Below are positions 63,089 to 64,000 of a DNA stretch of 64,000 nt, piece after piece (position 1 is the stretch's first letter; every line of letters starts with the position of its first letter). The DNA lies in assembly GCA_027324805.1 (NCBI GenBank), contig DAHVRZ010000003.1, positions 1,294 through 65,293 on the forward strand, written 5' to 3'. This DNA is from Candidatus Parcubacteria bacterium (lineage in GTDB: Bacteria > Patescibacteriota > Minisyncoccia > UBA6257 > 2-01-FULL-56-20). Made by a program: the position numbers and the translations under genes. Below the pieces are notes generated by a model that saw nothing but the letters and a program-made list of their open reading frames with translations, did no database searches and was not told the DNA's origin.

Positions 63089-63117
63089 TTGACATAAATT
63101 ATTTATTGTATTATTAT
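63089..63117 (+). promoter_or_regulatory. Sigma70-like promoter: TTGACA, 17 nt spacer, TATTAT
   Basis: Consensus -35 TTGACA (63089-63094), 17-nt spacer, TATTAT (63112-63117). Downstream RBS GGAAGGGAG before ATG 63176. Confidence 0.45.
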
Positions 63118-63175
63118 ATTTATGCCCCAGCACGGGCGCAAGCAACTTGAAATTTGAATTTTGGAAGGGAGAAGT

Positions 63176-63718
63176 ATGAGTGCAGAAACGCTGATCGCTT
63201 CGGCGGAGCAAAAACGGTACCCGCTTATCGAGGCAGGTCAATACGAGAGCGTCTATGAGTCCGCATATCGCGACCTTGAATCCTGCGTTAAAAGCAAAAA
63301 GGGATTCATCGCGAAGATTTTCTCATTCAATGATCTCTACACCATTGAAAAGAGGACATTCACCGACAAGATCATTCGCCGCAAAAAAGAAATCTTTGCT
63401 GGCGACATGATCGAGGTGATCCAAAAAAGGATTACGGAAGCCGGCTGGAAAGCGGCGACATTGGCTGAATTGATCGCTTACGAGGCCCATAATATCGATC
63501 AGCATACCTACCCCCTCTTCGCAATCGGCCTTTTCTATCGACACGGCTGGAGTTGCGGGGAACTCTCTCGAATACCCCCAACGACAGTGATCCCATTCAT
63601 TCGGAAAACGGAGACTGGGAATCGCCGGCTCGATGAATACATCGTGGCCAGTCCTTTCGGAGGCATTTCGAAACCCGACGATTTGCTGAGGCAAGGCTCC
63701 TTCCTTGCGGTACGCTGA
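63176..63718 (+). CDS. Hypothetical protein (180 aa)
   Basis: ATG at 63176 with RBS GGAAGGGAG is preferred over the ORF-track TTG at 63161. No recognisable motifs. Confidence 0.45.
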   Translation: MSAETLIASAEQKRYPLIEAGQYESVYESAYRDLESCVKSKKGFIAKIFSFNDLYTIEKRTFTDKIIRRKKEIFAGDMIEVIQKRITEAGWKAATLAELIAYEAHNIDQHTYPLFAIGLFYRHGWSCGELSRIPPTTVIPFIRKTETGNRRLDEYIVASPFGGISKPDDLLRQGSFLAVR

Positions 63719-64000
63719 TCTCCGAGAGCAATTCAGGCGGTCCTACGTCAAACTATTCGTAGTGGCCGCCTTTTTCTTAATGCGGTTCGAACATCGTCTA
63801 AGCCGGCAGCACTCTCGATATAAAAAGAGGAGCGCAATAAACATTGCGCCCCTCGGATGATGAGCGGAAAACTATCTCGGCTTATGGGAACGGTACCAGA
63901 TCGGGAGGGATATCCTTCACGCCAATACCTTTTGCTTTGGCATATCCCTTCATCCACTGAACGTTAAGGGATGCGTCCGAATCGGGCATGATCCGAAGTT

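Noticed and set aside
63748-63957. 69-aa minus-strand ORF near the window end
   Set aside because: No RBS or promoter context is visible. The composition is unremarkable and it is probably spurious. A short minus-strand ORF also runs off the 3' edge and cannot be assessed.
1-64000. Search for a mobile-element origin of the 4.4-20.1 kb module (integrase, transposase, flanking direct repeats, tRNA insertion)
   Set aside because: No recombinase-like ORF and no obvious flanking direct repeats. GC and codon style look similar to the housekeeping flanks. The two tRNAs are over 35 kb away. No support for calling it a mobile element.

Overview
This window reads as a compact, gene-dense chromosome segment of a small-genome bacterium, most likely a Candidate Phyla Radiation (Parcubacteria-like) lineage. 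That placement is inferred from short housekeeping proteins, many type IV pilin-like and secreted hypothetical genes, a short EF-Ts, a split ComEC and abundant 4-bp ATGA gene overlaps. Recognisable housekeeping genes are secD, secF, trmD, ftsW/rodA, murG, gltX, murC, pepA (M17), rseP (M50), frr, holB-like, mreB, murA, glyQS, tsf, rpsB, mraY, a DacA-like D,D-carboxypeptidase, scpB, scpA, dnaX, tRNA-Tyr(GTA) and tRNA-Gln(CTG). Two ABC export systems are present: an ABC-2 ATPase with its permease, and a HlyD/MacA-MacB/FtsX tripartite set. The outstanding region is about 4.4-20.1 kb. Two paralogous soluble VirD4/TraG-like P-loop ATPases (HerA/FtsK superfamily) bracket a tandem array of five paralogous ~570-600 aa cysteine-rich proteins. 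Each paralog has a double zinc ribbon at both ends and internal Cys-containing repeats. Small membrane proteins are interleaved with the paralogs and joined to them by ATGA overlaps. The second ATPase carries a C-terminal zinc ribbon resembling the ribbons of the array proteins, followed by a long disordered tail. I cannot assign this protein family or gene arrangement to any characterised system and flag it as the candidate novel module. Other accessory items are two tandem type IV pilin-LamG/lectin fusion genes, a pilin-like gene with no canonical start codon, a split ComEC, an orphan Cas4-like PD-(D/E)XK nuclease, a sigma-70 region-4 HTH protein behind a near-consensus promoter, and several secreted or surface hypotheticals. 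I found no CRISPR array, integrase, transposase or rRNA. All calls come from reading the sequence and ORF translations; no database search was run.
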